Source of the DNA: Dicyema japonicum
Lineage: Eukaryota > Animalia > Dicyemida
Length of the DNA stretch: 64,000 nt
Direction: 5' to 3'
Assembly (NCBI GenBank): GCA_011109175.1
Contig: RDEW01000048.1
Coordinates: 23,445-87,444, forward strand
The translations under genes were made by a program, and so were the position numbers. This document shows positions 1-12,134 of the stretch, piece after piece; the first letter of the stretch is position 1, and each line of letters starts with the position of its first letter. The notes beneath the pieces are model-generated. The model worked only from the letters and a program-made list of their open reading frames with translations. It was not told the origin of the DNA and did not search any database.

Positions 1-1251
1 ATTATTATTACCCCCAGGATCACTGGGTCAAAGAGAAAGAAATAAAAGTTCCCATCTAACTAAGTGATCCCAGACCGATAAAGGAGAGACGAGTCCGGCG
101 GGGTCGAGAATCCTGAACAGCTCTTCTCATTGGACATGGTATCGGCTCAAAATTTCTGTATGGTTGTAGATATTTCGATAGTGCATGGAATAGAGGGCAG
201 CTCGGTAAGCTAGCCTCCTTTAAGAGTTTCTGTTGTAATTCGATTATGAAATTTTCAATGGGCTGGATTTTTTTGTGTTCTGGTCCAATTAACCTTATTG
301 TAGTCTCCTCGATTGCGGATAGTTTCAATGAGGAGGATCGTGAAATCTGCATTGCCCATGAAGGAATTGCACACGTCATCGTTGGTCGGATAAATTGTTC
401 ATAAATCGTGGCAAGGCCACCAGTTTAATCTCTAAGTGTTTTTGAAAGCACTTTTAAAATATTCATTTTCTTCAAAGCAGAAGTTACTTTGTTCTCAACA
501 TGTCGGATAAAGGTGAGTCCCAGAATCTACGGTGTTTTGTTAATAGGAATAGCCTCGTTTTTCATAAAGATTTTTGGTTCGATACAGAGCTGCCTTTTGT
601 TAGTAGTAAACAGTGTGACAGAGGACTTTGTTGCTGATGTGTCAAGTCTTCGCTTCGAGAGCCATAGTTTCAGCTTGTCAAGCATTTGTTGAGCGGACTG
701 AGTCGCTGATTGAATGCTTCTGTAATCGGAGGCAAGAATGATATCGTCGGCATAAGAGAGGATTAGACAGTTTTCATTACAGGTTTGTGGCATGTCGTTT
801 ATGCAGAGATTGAAGAGTTGGAGTGATAGTGGGGAGCCTTGAGGGACTCCATTTTGAAAATAGCGAGATCTTGATTTGATGTTGTTGCAGAGTACTTGTG
901 CTCGCCTTCCATTTAAGAAGTTTACAAGCCAAGGTTTCTAGTTCGGATGATGTTGGTTTCAAATATTTTCTTTGTAAGGAGTTTCCTAGGGACTGAGTCG
1001 AACGCTTTTGTGATGTCCACGGATATAAGTACAGTCCTCTGATGGGGTTTGGGAAAGTTAAATCCTTCCGCAATGAATTGTGTGAGGGTTGTTAAGTGTG
1101 TTGTGGTCGAATAGTTACCCCAAAATCCGTGCTGGGTCGAAAGTATTGAGATTGAATCTTGTACCTTTTCCAGAACAAGCCTTTCAAAGATCCTTGAGAC
1201 CGGACTCAGAATAGATATGGGCGGTAGGAAGATTGTTCATTTATTGTTTTG
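1..1251 (-). mobile_element. LINE-A: degenerate 5'-truncated LINE (RT and 3' end); continues at 4260-~4318 beyond a nested insertion
   Basis: Minus-strand RT motifs QHGF, SVDITKAFDSV, NGVPQGSPLS, SYADD; (TAA)n tail at 1-10. Removing 1252-4259 rejoins IWKKSLIKPIRNKTINEQSSYRP in frame. Confidence 0.9.
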
Positions 1252-4250
1252 GCGGTAGGAAGATTGTTCATTAGAATTATAATGTTAGCGAATTATAATG
1301 TTAGCGTGGTGTCATGTGGCTCACCAGAAACGGTGTCACCCATTCCAAAATGGAACGAAAAGAGCCAACAGCTTCTCCCCACCGTCTGGTGGTCCTTTCA
1401 TCCCCTGTGTCTTCGACCCTGTCTGGTGTCCCCATTTATCCAGACTTTTGATTCTTCTATGTGGGGACGTCGAAACCAATCCTGGTCCATGGAGAGGTTT
1501 TACAATTATACAACTGAATACGAATGGGATCAGGAAGAAAATCTTTGAACTCCGGGCACTCCTCCGCGAAAATGAGGCTGACCTCGCTTTAATACAGGAG
1601 TCCAAGCTATCCATACACCCTCTTTTCCCGGATACACAGTGATCCGTAAAGATCGTCAGGGAGGACGCGGAGGAGGACTACTTACTATTATAAAGAACGA
1701 TATTCTTTTTATGGATACAACCCAACGAACCTCGGAGCTTCTTGGCTCCGACAAGACTTTGGAGCAGATTACTGTCAAAATCGAGTTATTCCCATCCTTT
1801 TGGATCCATTTGGCTAATATATATATTCCTCCACAAGGATCGTGTCCGTCATCTTACACCCCTGATTTATCACGCATTTCAACATTGAAAAATCTACTGT
1901 TATGTGGGGATCTTAATGCAGACATCCTTTTGGCTCACTTCCCAATCCTCTGATAACCGAGGAGAACTCATTGCAAATTATCTTCCTGACCTGATTATAC
2001 TGAACAACCCTAACTCACATACGAGGACTCCATTAAGGATGACTGATAGCTGCACATCCCCCCTTAAACATTATGCTCACTCTCTGGGACTCATTTCCTG
2101 GAACGTCTTTTACGGCTTCCCCAGTGACCACAATCCAATCCTTCTAAAATTGAGAGGTCGACGATACAGAGACGGTCGGCGGAATCAAAAAGGATTATAC
2201 GAAGGTTGACTGGTCTGGTTTCAGTAACCATTCTTGGCCGGGAGATTATCCCACTATTGCCGCAGAAATTATCAGCGCTGCCATTCAGAAAGCTGACCAT
2301 ATTTTTATTCCGTCATACAAGAAGTTTATCCTACCCTCAGCTCTTATACAATAAGTCTTATAAAACAAAGAGACCGGCTGAAGAGATGCCATCTGTTGGA
2401 CATGAAGTCTTTGACAGCCCTCAGACAACTGAATAAAAGAATCTGTCAGAGCATAAAAGAACACAAGGACAAGAGATGGCAGCATCTAGTTAACCACCTC
2501 GACAGGAAAAGTACATCCCGACACTTCTGGAAAACTCTTAAACAAGTCAAGTCGGAGCTGGATGATGCAGACGGAACCGGAAAGTCTTCTCCTGAACACT
2601 TATGCCACCTACATCCTAACATCCTTATGAAACATTACGCTGGAATTAGCTTCAAACCATTCTCGAAACACCTGGACATTAAGGTGCGTGCCCATAAACC
2701 GAAGAAGGAACCTTATCACGAACTATTCACAGATGACCAAGTCTTGGATGTGATCACCAGATTAAAGAGCTCACGGGCGTGCGGGCCTGACAAAAATTCA
2801 CCTAAAACACCTAAGCCACTACGCAATTGGCTACCTCACGCATATATACAATCTGTCCATTAACTATAATATTATTCCTAAGATTTGGAAGAATTCTATC
2901 ATCAGACCGATATTGAAGGCTGGGAAACCAGAGACAGAACCTGCATCCTACAGGCCTATTTCCGTTACCAGCACACTGTCAAAAATTATGGAGAAACTTG
3001 TATTATCAGTCATTATTCCGTATCTTCCGCGTCCTATATTTCAACATGGTTTCCTCCGCGGTAGGTCCACCGCTACATACTTGGCAACTTTATCGCAGTT
3101 CATTGCCGACGGTTTTAACACCCATCCTCCGCCTCACAAACGCACAATCTTGGTTTCTATTGACATCAACAAAGCCTTTGACACTGTTTCGAGGAAAATC
3201 TTGGTTGGAAAAATTTTTTCTACTAATATTCGTCCGAATGTGAAATTATGGCTGGCCAACTTTTGTCTGGAAGACGTGGAAGAGTAGTCAGTGGTGATCT
3301 CAGATCTAGATCACGATTACTACCGAACGGGGTACCCCAGGGGTCTCCACTTTCACCAATTCTATTCAACCTTTTCCTACACGACCTACCTAATGATGGA
3401 GACGAAGATTCCCTGTTATTATCCTACGCAGACGACGTAGTCATTGCAATACGGAACCGCTCGACTCAAGTCGCATCCCTTAAAACTCAGACAAAATTGA
3501 ACATTCTCCACGATTGGATTGCTGGCAATCGACTAACGATTTCTGCAACCAAGTCTATCTGTTCCACATTCACGTCGGACCGTCGTTCCAAGGATGAACC
3601 GAGTCTTTTCATTGGTCCCACTAGGATTCCAGTGACAAAGTCCCCCATTGTCCTTGGAGTCAAGTACGACAGCCTTCTCAAATTCAACTCCCACGCAACA
3701 GACATGATCACCAGGGGCCTCCAGAAAGTTAACGTTATACGCGCCCTTGTTCGGAGGACCACGAGGAACATGGACTTTTCCGTTTCTACACTCTACCAAC
3801 AAACAATCGCGCCTGCCATTGAGTATGCCTCCGTTGCATGGAGATTCGGGCTATCGGAGTCTTTGGTCCAAAGAATCAACTCGATATACCGGAAAACAAT
3901 CAGTATGCTTTCCCCACGTAATGGATCAACAGTCGACCCACTACTCATGGAAGCTAAGATCCGTAGTCGTGGCTCCGGATTTCTTCGCCTCTGTGAGGAA
4001 GATGGAAATCCGCTTCGCCTAATCCTTCCCATGGCAAGAGAAAACCGATTGGATAAGAAATTCCCCTCCCCGATCGGATTCCTCTGCAAGACCGAGAGAA
4101 GGCTCTTCCGGAAAGTAGTGGGGACGATGGAGGATCACAGACGTCGAATGGCACAAGTGATTGCGAGGACTGGGATCACCTAACTGTCTGACTCTTTTGT
4201 CTTTCTTTCTCGGTGTTCCCGGGGTTATTAAAATAAAATAAATAAAATAA
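1252..4250 (+). mobile_element. 2A-LINE copy 1: ~3.0 kb single-ORF element (leader-2A-APE-RT), frameshifted
   Basis: LLILLCGDVETNPGP, APE motifs (IQESKL, GGGLLT, GDLNA, SDHNP), RT motifs (YRPIS, QHGF, DINKAFD, GVPQGSPLSP, YADD), A/T-rich tail, 9-bp TSD ATTGTTTTG at 1243-1251 and 4251-4259. Confidence 0.93.
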
Positions 4251-4313
4251 ATTGTTTTGTTTCGAATAGGTTTGATTAGAGACTTTTTCCATATTTCAGG
4301 GATAGTATTTGTG

Positions 4314-5345
4314 TTAAGAGCCGAGCTTATTAGTACATCTCCATCTTTCATGAGTAAAATCGTCTTCTATTTTGATTTCAGTTATTTCAGTTTTGTTTAC
4401 ATTAACGCTGAGAAACCATTTCTCAAACTCCGCAGGTGCATTTTCTAGTAGGTGTGCATTTCCCGGATACGAAATCCACATGTCAATGTCTTCTATATAG
4501 CATTTACGGAGATCGCAGAGTGTAGATTCAAGGTATACGGTGAATAGTAAAGGGAAGAGGGAATCACCCTGAGGTATCCCAATCGATGTATTAAAACTGC
4601 AGGAAGTTGCTCTTTCTGTCCTCACCAATAATATTGTATTCGCAAGTAGTAGTCTGATTATCCTAACAGACGATTCATCCAATAGTTACTCTAGCACAGT
4701 CATCAGTTTCTGTCTGTTTATTAAGTCAAAAGCTCTGGAAAGATCTATTCCCAACACGGGCGTTGGGCTTTTGAATCTTTGGTGCGCTGCACATCACCAT
4801 CGATGGCTCCATACAATTTCCGCTGTAGACCTCCCTTCTCGGAACTGACTTTGACTTGCTGGTAGGTATAGATCCGCCACATCCTTTATCCGGCTTAGTG
4901 CAATGTTTGCCAGCAGTTTGCGTATCGAGTTCAGAAGTATGATCGGGCGGAGATTTTCTACTGGTTCTTTTGCATTGATCGGTTTTTTATGGGTATTAAT
5001 CATTCATTTCCAAGTCCTAGATCGGTATTAATTTCAAAGATGTGATTTAGGGTTATTGCAATTGTTTTGCTAAATTTTTTTGGCCCATATATTAAAAGCT
5101 CAGGGCTTATGTTGTCTGGCCCAGCACTTTTGTTATTATTAAATTTATTTAGAGTTGATTCCATTTCTTTCACTGTGATTGAATTCTTTAGTGCCTTCAG
5201 TTCTCCCTGGAAAGAGAGAGAAAGTCCTCATTTTCTGCATTCAACAATATTTTAAAGTGTCGTGCAATCAATTAGTTTTTTACTTTCGGGTTACCCATGA
5301 ATTTTCCTTCTTCGTCTTTGATGTGAAGTACGTTTTGTCCTTTTT
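4314..5345 (-). mobile_element. RTE-like LINE RT fragment
   Basis: LRPIILLNSIRK, FREGRSTAEIVWSHRW, GIPQGDSL, NKTEITEI...KLGS. Confidence 0.8.
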
Positions 5346-7500
5346 TGTCCGCAGCTGACACAAAGCCGCAAACTTTAACTTTAACAACTTTATTAGCAAG
5401 GAAAAATTAAAGAGGGAGTTATTTGGCTTCATGCCGCAAGTCCTGCAAACGTTTGGACTCTTCTCTGCGCTCTCAGACCCCTCTTATCGTTTATTCTGTG
5501 CTGCAACATACGAGTCAATGATGGCAACTCTTTTCAGGTAGTTTTCCATCCTTTTTTTGCTCCATCTCTTATCGACATTACTAACAAATTTTCATCTTCA
5601 TCTAGCTTCTCGTCGAGCCTTTTGTGTAAGGCAATCTTGATCCCTGCTCTCCTCGATTTTTCAAGAAGCAAGATAAAACGCTTTTTGTATGCAGTGTAAT
5701 ACCATCCTTCCAGTCCATAAAGGAGTGATGGAATGATCGTACGTGAAAAATAAATAAAAACATATCCGTTTCGAGTCTCAATTTCCTCATACACAATATC
5801 GCATGGTGGGCTTTCTTCCTTTTGAGTTTAAAATCGCACAATGTCCTCCCAGATTTCTCAAAAGCTGTTCCAAGATACTTCAGAGAGCTCACAGTGTTGA
5901 TTCCGCATGAGTCTTTCTGATTTCCTTTACCATTCCGACCGAGGAACATCATTGCACTAGATTTTTCTTCTGACAGTTTTAACCCATGAAGACCGCACCA
6001 GTCTTTTATCTCTTCCATGTACATATAGAATCTCCTCTCTGAGATCATGCTCGATCTCGACACATCAGACAGTAGCACGTCGTCTGCGTATATCAGAGAT
6101 CTCGTACTCGGTGTAGACGGAGACGGGAAACCGGTCATTAGAACATTGAACAATAGAGGGCTCAAAATTGATCCTTGTGGGACTCCTCTCTTCAATAATA
6201 TCATATTTGAAAAATTACATCCGCATATAACATAGGATTTTCTTCCTTTTAGGTATACTTTCACCCAATTCACTAGTTCCTTTGGGCTCCCCGTCCGAAA
6301 TAACTGATCAATTATGGCTCTGTGGTTAACACTGTCAAATTTTGATATGTCGAGACATATGACATTCAGGAGACATTTGGATTCTCTGGCTTTGCATAAC
6401 TCAGAGTTGAGATGAAATAAGCAATAACCGCATGACCGTCCTAGGCGAAAACCAAATTAATCATTTCTGAAGTAATCTTTTTTTTCCAACTGATTTGTAA
6501 GCCTCCAGAAGATGATTTTTCCATGACTTTTGAAATCGACCTAATCAGGCTGATCGGACGGTAGGTATCAGGATCATTTTTCGGTCTTCCTGTCTTCGCC
6601 ACCATCCGTACAATGGTCTTCTTTTATTCCATTAGAACATGGCCAATTTTTATGCATGCGTTGAACATATCTTTAAGGACTTCGAATAAAATTTCTGGGC
6701 CTTCTTTGAACATCCTAGCTTTGATAAAATCACTGCCCGGAGCTTTATTCTTGACAGCTCTTATTGCTTTCTTCAGCTCTTCCAGAGAGATCTCTATAAA
6801 TGCTGCTTTCTCTGACAATGATTCGTAACAAGTCTTCTTTGCGATGACATCATCTTCCACATCAAATATTTTTTTAAGTTGTGTCTCAAAAACTAGAGGT
6901 ATTTTTTCTTCAGCATAGTAGGTGCCATCCGGTTTCTTGAGCACAATCTTGTTTGCGATTGACTCTGGGTTCCTCACTCTTCGGTATACCTTCCAGAAAG
7001 AGGGATTGTGTTTGTTTAGCTTCCGTAGTTAAGAGTTCTACTTATTCTCATTCCAACTTTTGAAATTTTCCGACAACTGCTTTTGTAGTTCGCCAATTTT
7101 GTGACACAAGGCTAAGCGGTCCTGTGGGTCTACGCATCTCCTCAGTTTAGTTCTTATATTATTTCTCTTCAACACAATTTTCTTGATGTGCCATGGAATA
7201 GGGACAACATTATCGTTTCTTGAGTATATTTTTCAAGCAAAGTTATCCAGATAGTATAATATCAGATCCGTTACTCGTTTACTTGTTTTATCAATTCCCA
7301 GACGAGTCTTGGGCTCGGTATGCCCTAACATCAATTCCTTTGCAATGAACATCCTATAGTAATTCCAGTTTTGATTTTTGGTATCGTAACCGACAAAGAC
7401 TCCAGGTTCATTGAATCATTTTCATATCCACGGAAATTACCAATGCAATGTGGTCACTGCCAATATCCGGAAGAGTAATTGGTACGTCTGCGTATTCTGA

Positions 7501-8514
7501 GTTATTAAAATGTTGTTAGCGTGGTGTCATGTGTCTCACCAGAAATGGTGTCACCCATTCCAAAATGGAACGAAAAGAGCCAACAGCTTCTCCCCACCGT
7601 CCGGTGGTTCTTTCATCTCCTGTGTCTTCGACCCTGTCTGGTGTCCCCATTTATCCAGACTTTTGATTCTTCTATGTGGAGACGTCGAAACCAATCCTGG
7701 TCCATGGAGAGGTTTTACAATTATACAACTGAATTCGAATGGGATCAGGAAGAAAATCTTTGAACTACGGGCACTCCTCCGCGAAAATGAGGCTGACCTC
7801 GCTTTAATACAGGAGTCCAAGCTATCTCCCTCCATACCAACACCCTCTTTTCCCGGATACACAGTGATCCGTAAAGATCGTCAGGGAGGACGCGGAGGAG
7901 GACTACTTACTATTATAAAGAACGATATTCCTTTTATGGATACAACTCAACGAACCTCAGAGCTTCTTGGCTCCGACAAGACTTTGGAGCAGATTACTGT
8001 CAAAATCGAGTTATTCCCGTCCTTTTGGATCCATTTGGCTAATTTATATATTCCTCCACAAGGATCGTGTCCGTCATCTTACACCCCTGATTTATCACGC
8101 ATTTCAACATTGAAAAATCTACTGTTATGTGGGGATCTTAATGCACGACACCCAGTTTGGCTCACTTCCCAATCCTCTGACAACCGAGGAGAACTCATTG
8201 CAAATTATCTTCCTGACCTGATTATACTGAACAACCCTAACTCACATACGAGGACCCCATTAAGGATGACTGATAGCTGCACATCCCCGACTTAACACTA
8301 TGCTCATTTTCTCTTGCTGGACTCATTTCCTGGAACGTCTTTTACGGCTTCTCCAGTGACCACAATCCAATCCTTCTAAAACTGAGAGGTCTTCGACGAT
8401 ACAGGAGACGGCCGGCGGAATCAAAAAGATTCAAGGATTATACGAAGGTTGACTGGTCTGGTTTCAGTAACCTTGTGGATAAATTCTTGGCCCGGAGATT
8501 ATCCTCCCCAATAC
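7501..8514 (+). mobile_element. 2A-LINE copy 2: 5' portion only (leader-2A-APE), inserted in the LINE-C APE
   Basis: Near-identical to ~1290-2260; ORF 7510-8295; 11-bp TSD GCGTATTCTGA at 7490-7500 and 8515-8525. Confidence 0.92.
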
Positions 8515-9651
8515 GCGTATTCTGAAATAGCAGGGGAAATCAAGAAGACACCAAGCTTGTCACCCCCGTAGGGAGAGAAATGGTTATCCTCTTTCGATGT
8601 AAGGACTTTTACTCCTAGGCCTTTAGATAGCTTCATCAGGAGCTTGCCATCTTCGCTACTCTTCTTGCAGCCAAAGGATGTGCTCTTGGAGTTGAGATCA
8701 CCTCCCAGTTTTCGCTGAAGAACTGGGAGATATCTCCGGTACATTCCTTCATGGATTTGGAGTACATACCGCCAATTGCGAGCCATCCGTCGACACAACG
8801 AACATCAATGGCGACACAAACTGATGAAACAATTCTGGGATTCCTTGTCTTCAGATGATACCGATAAAAAATTGATGTTCCAGTCCCTGGTATAGCCCCT
8901 TCTTTCCAGTATAAAGATATCGATTTGAAACCCGGGAGTACTGTATTCTCATTTGACTTAATCTTCGTTTCGTTGACAATTATCATATCAGCTTCCTCGG
9001 TATTCGCCAGGGAAGCTAGCTCGTGATGCCTCCTCAAGATTGATCAGGCATTCACGAGCATGATCCTTATGGTTTGGTTCACTGGTCTTGGCGGCCTGAT
9101 TTCTTCAGGACCAGAGCCACCACCTGCAGTAAATCCAAGTTTACCTTATCACACTCTTCATTTAGACGGTTAATCACATATGTAAGTTCTCTCGATTGTC
9201 TTTTAGATGCCCCCGAAATAGATTTCCTGCAAGACTTTTTTAGCTTCTCCTCCAGGTATTCTTTATCCACAATTGGCTTTTTCTGTGTTGGATTCATAAC
9301 ATCGTATTTTAGAAGTCGATTTTTGATTATTGCGTCCTGCTTGTTTTCACTAGACTTCGTATCTAGGTAATGTGGCGGAGGAGGATTTTCTCCTCTCTCC
9401 ATGTTCCTAACCCATGACATTCGGTTCCTATTCCTGTGGAGGCCACGGCTTCCCTGGCAACCGGACAACCACCATAACTCGTTCCGTGATCATCAGACCA
9501 TCAGTTGATACAGGATCTTCTATTGTTCGGTTCTGGGCACTCTGGGGAACTATGTGGTCCTCCACATAAGAAACATCTCTTTGCCCCATTGCAATGTTTT
9601 GCAATGTGTCCGAAATATTGACAATTAAAGCATCTTATGGGTGGTCTTCTG

Positions 9652-11247
9652 GGAGTGCGGAAAAAAAAGTCAAGCGGAAAAAAGGTCAAGCGGAAAAAAA
9701 AGTCAAGTCCGTAAGGGGAAAAAAAGTCAAGCGGAAAAAAAGTCAAGTCGTCTTTTTTTAGTTTATATCGCATTTTTGTGATACTACTAGCATCTTTTAA
9801 TTTTTAAAAATTTTTTCAATACTTGACTTTTTTCCGCTTGACTTTTTTTCTATTTTTGAAAATTTTTCCCTTATAAATTTTCGAAATTTAGCGCAAAACG
9901 GAAAAAAAGTCAAGTCCGCTAACGAAATTACGGACTTGACTTTTTTTCCGCTTTGGTATAATCGCTTTGACTAAATCAATTTAAGAATTTCAAGGTAATA
10001 ATAAAATTTTTTTTATTATCAAATGAATAAAAATTAAATTAATGCATCTGAATGCCATGCTATTTCCCCTAACAATAGACAACGAGATACGTTCTCGGAA
10101 CCAACTAGTCTCTCGCGGATCCTTGGTCACAGCTTGAATCATGGAGCCGATCTTACGAACCAACTCATCTGCTTGGGGGCCAAGGATTCCTAATATAATA
10201 AAATTGACTTAACTTTTTTCGCTTTGGTTTAATCTTTTTGACCTTGACTTTTTTCGCTTTGGTTTAATCTTTTTGACTTAATCAATATACGGATTTTAAG
10301 GTTATAATTAGGCATATTTTAAATATTATGCTTGCCCAAAAATAAGAGACAAAATGGAGATAATATTAACTAACAAAGGAGGAAAGAAAATTTGTTTTAA
10401 TGGTTTTATGTATACAAAGCACTCGGTGACAAAAAACTATATAATTTTTAAATGTGTGAAAAAATCTTCACAAAGATGCAGAGGAAGCCTAAGAACAGAT
10501 CATAATTTTTGAATTTTCCAAAGAAGGAATTTCTCACAATCACGAATTTGACGAAAGTCAAATAAAACTGATGAAATTGGTGCAACGAAACAAAACTTAT
10601 TGCTAAAACAAGTCAAGAAAATCCCTTACAAATCTAAAACAGTAGAAGCCCTAAAAGCAATTGCATGGAATATTAAATATTCTTTTGATTCACATTAAAT
10701 AATCCCTTGATTCACGTTAAATAAAAATCATATGTTTATAACATTTTAAAAAATTTTAAAAGTAGAAAAAATCTGTTTTATTTTTAGAATTTATTTCAAC
10801 CACGTGTAGTTTTAGTTGTGGCGGGACATTTTAATGCAATTACAAACTAAAGCATTAACATTAGCCAAAATTAACTATTTAAATAATTTGTTATTCTAAA
10901 CTCGCTTACTTTAAAATAAAACGATCATGAATAAAAATCTTAATTTATAAACGGAAAAAAAGTCAAGTCCGTTAACGAAATTACGGACTTGACTTTTTTT
11001 CCGTTTTGCGCTAAATTTCGAAAATTTATAAGGGAAAAATTTTCAAAAATGGAAAAAAGTCAAGCGAAAAAAAGTCAAGTATTGAAAAAATTTTTAAAAA
11101 TTAAAAGATGCTAGTAGTATCACAAAAATGCGATATAAACTAAAAAAGACAACTTGACTTTTTTTCCGCTTGACCTTTTTTCCGCTTACGGACTTGACTT
11201 TTTTTTCCGCTTGACCTTTTTTCCACTTGACTTTTTTTCCTACAACC
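9652..11247 (+). mobile_element. Non-autonomous Mutator-like (MULE)/foldback DNA transposon with ~300-bp modular TIRs
   Basis: 9-bp TSD GGTCTTCTG (9643-9651, 11248-11256); GG...CC termini; TIRs built of AAAAAAAGTCAAG(C/T) units; removal restores LINE-C ORF1 DCEWARRPPIRC. Confidence 0.9.
10354..10580 (+). pseudogene. FLYWCH zinc-finger remnant of MULE transposase
   Basis: MEIILTNKGGKKICFNGFMYTKHSVTKNYIIFKCVKKSSQRCRGSLRTD...(stop/frameshift)...HNH. Confidence 0.8.
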
Positions 11248-11779
11248 GGTCTTCTGGCCCACTCACAATCGATTTCCATCCATCCAATGACAAGACCCAG
11301 GTGTATCAAGGACGTAGCTTCTCCCCTTGACTTTAAGCTCATCTTCACAACAGGGAGTTTTCTTCCATTCCTTACAATACGTTTCACCGACTCAGTGGTT
11401 GAAGCAATTTCTTTCATGTAAGCCATAAGTTCGGCTTCCTCAATCCATATTGGCACATTCTTTAGAACAATTTCCGAAAGCTTCTCTTTGAGTTCGATCA
11501 CCTTGTGGTTTCCCTTCCCGAAAGGAGAAAATAGATTAGTCTCTTCAACGAATGAGATTTTATCTGACTCTTCTTTATACTCCAATCGGAAAATCCCGGG
11601 GCATTTTCCAGTCACTCTGGCGTTTTTCAGTGATTTCAATCCACACAACATGGAGCTTTTTTAACGACAGGCATAACCGCAAACATCCTTGAATTGTCCT
11701 TTAGGCATTCCACATCTTTTAGTAGGGATGTAATAATTTCCCGTGAATGTTGTCTGTTCATCTTTTGGAATTTCCAATT

Positions 11780-12080
11780 GATTTTTCGATAAGACATCTT
11801 TAGACTCTACTACTTCCATCCATTCTAGCAACTTCTATTCAAGCTTAGGGGAACTACGGTTTGTATGCAGCTTTAAAAGACGGTTGATATTTATAGAATC
11901 TTTCAAAATAGTGTATTTCTTTAGTAAAAGATTATTTATCGTTTTTCTCGATATCGTCTTTCGAAACAAATTTGAGGATTTATCAGCTAATTTCTGGCAT
12001 GAAATTACATCATTTTTCTCTTTATAATTTACAATTTGAGTTTTTTTATTAAAAGTAAGGCGAGTTAATGTCCACAAGAG
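11780..12080 (-). pseudogene. pogo/Tigger (CENP-B-like HTH) transposase N-terminal fragment
   Basis: TRLTFNKKTQIV...KLADK...ISRKTINNLL...PKLE*KLLEW. Confidence 0.65.
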
Positions 12081-12134
12081 GCATTGAAGTCTCCTAAATT
12101 AAAAAAAATAAACCATTAATAATACTGCACTTTA

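Larger units (their letters stand above)
5363..11700 (-). mobile_element. LINE-C: two-ORF I/Jockey-group LINE (ORF1 with CCHC knuckles; ORF2 APE-RT), interrupted by two insertions
   Basis: ORF1 IVLKNVP...CEWARRP|PIRCFNCQYFGHIAKHC...CFLCGGPHSSPEC; APE VNETKIK, GDLNSK, ISEYA|DVPITLPDIGSDH; RT KAPGSD, GVPQGSILSP, IYADD. Ends approximate. Confidence 0.85.

Noticed and set aside
9660-9960. AAAAAAAGTCAAG repeats resembling a CRISPR or telomeric array
   Set aside because: No unique regular spacers; mirrored at 10950-11247 and flanked by a 9-bp TSD, so they are TIR subrepeats.
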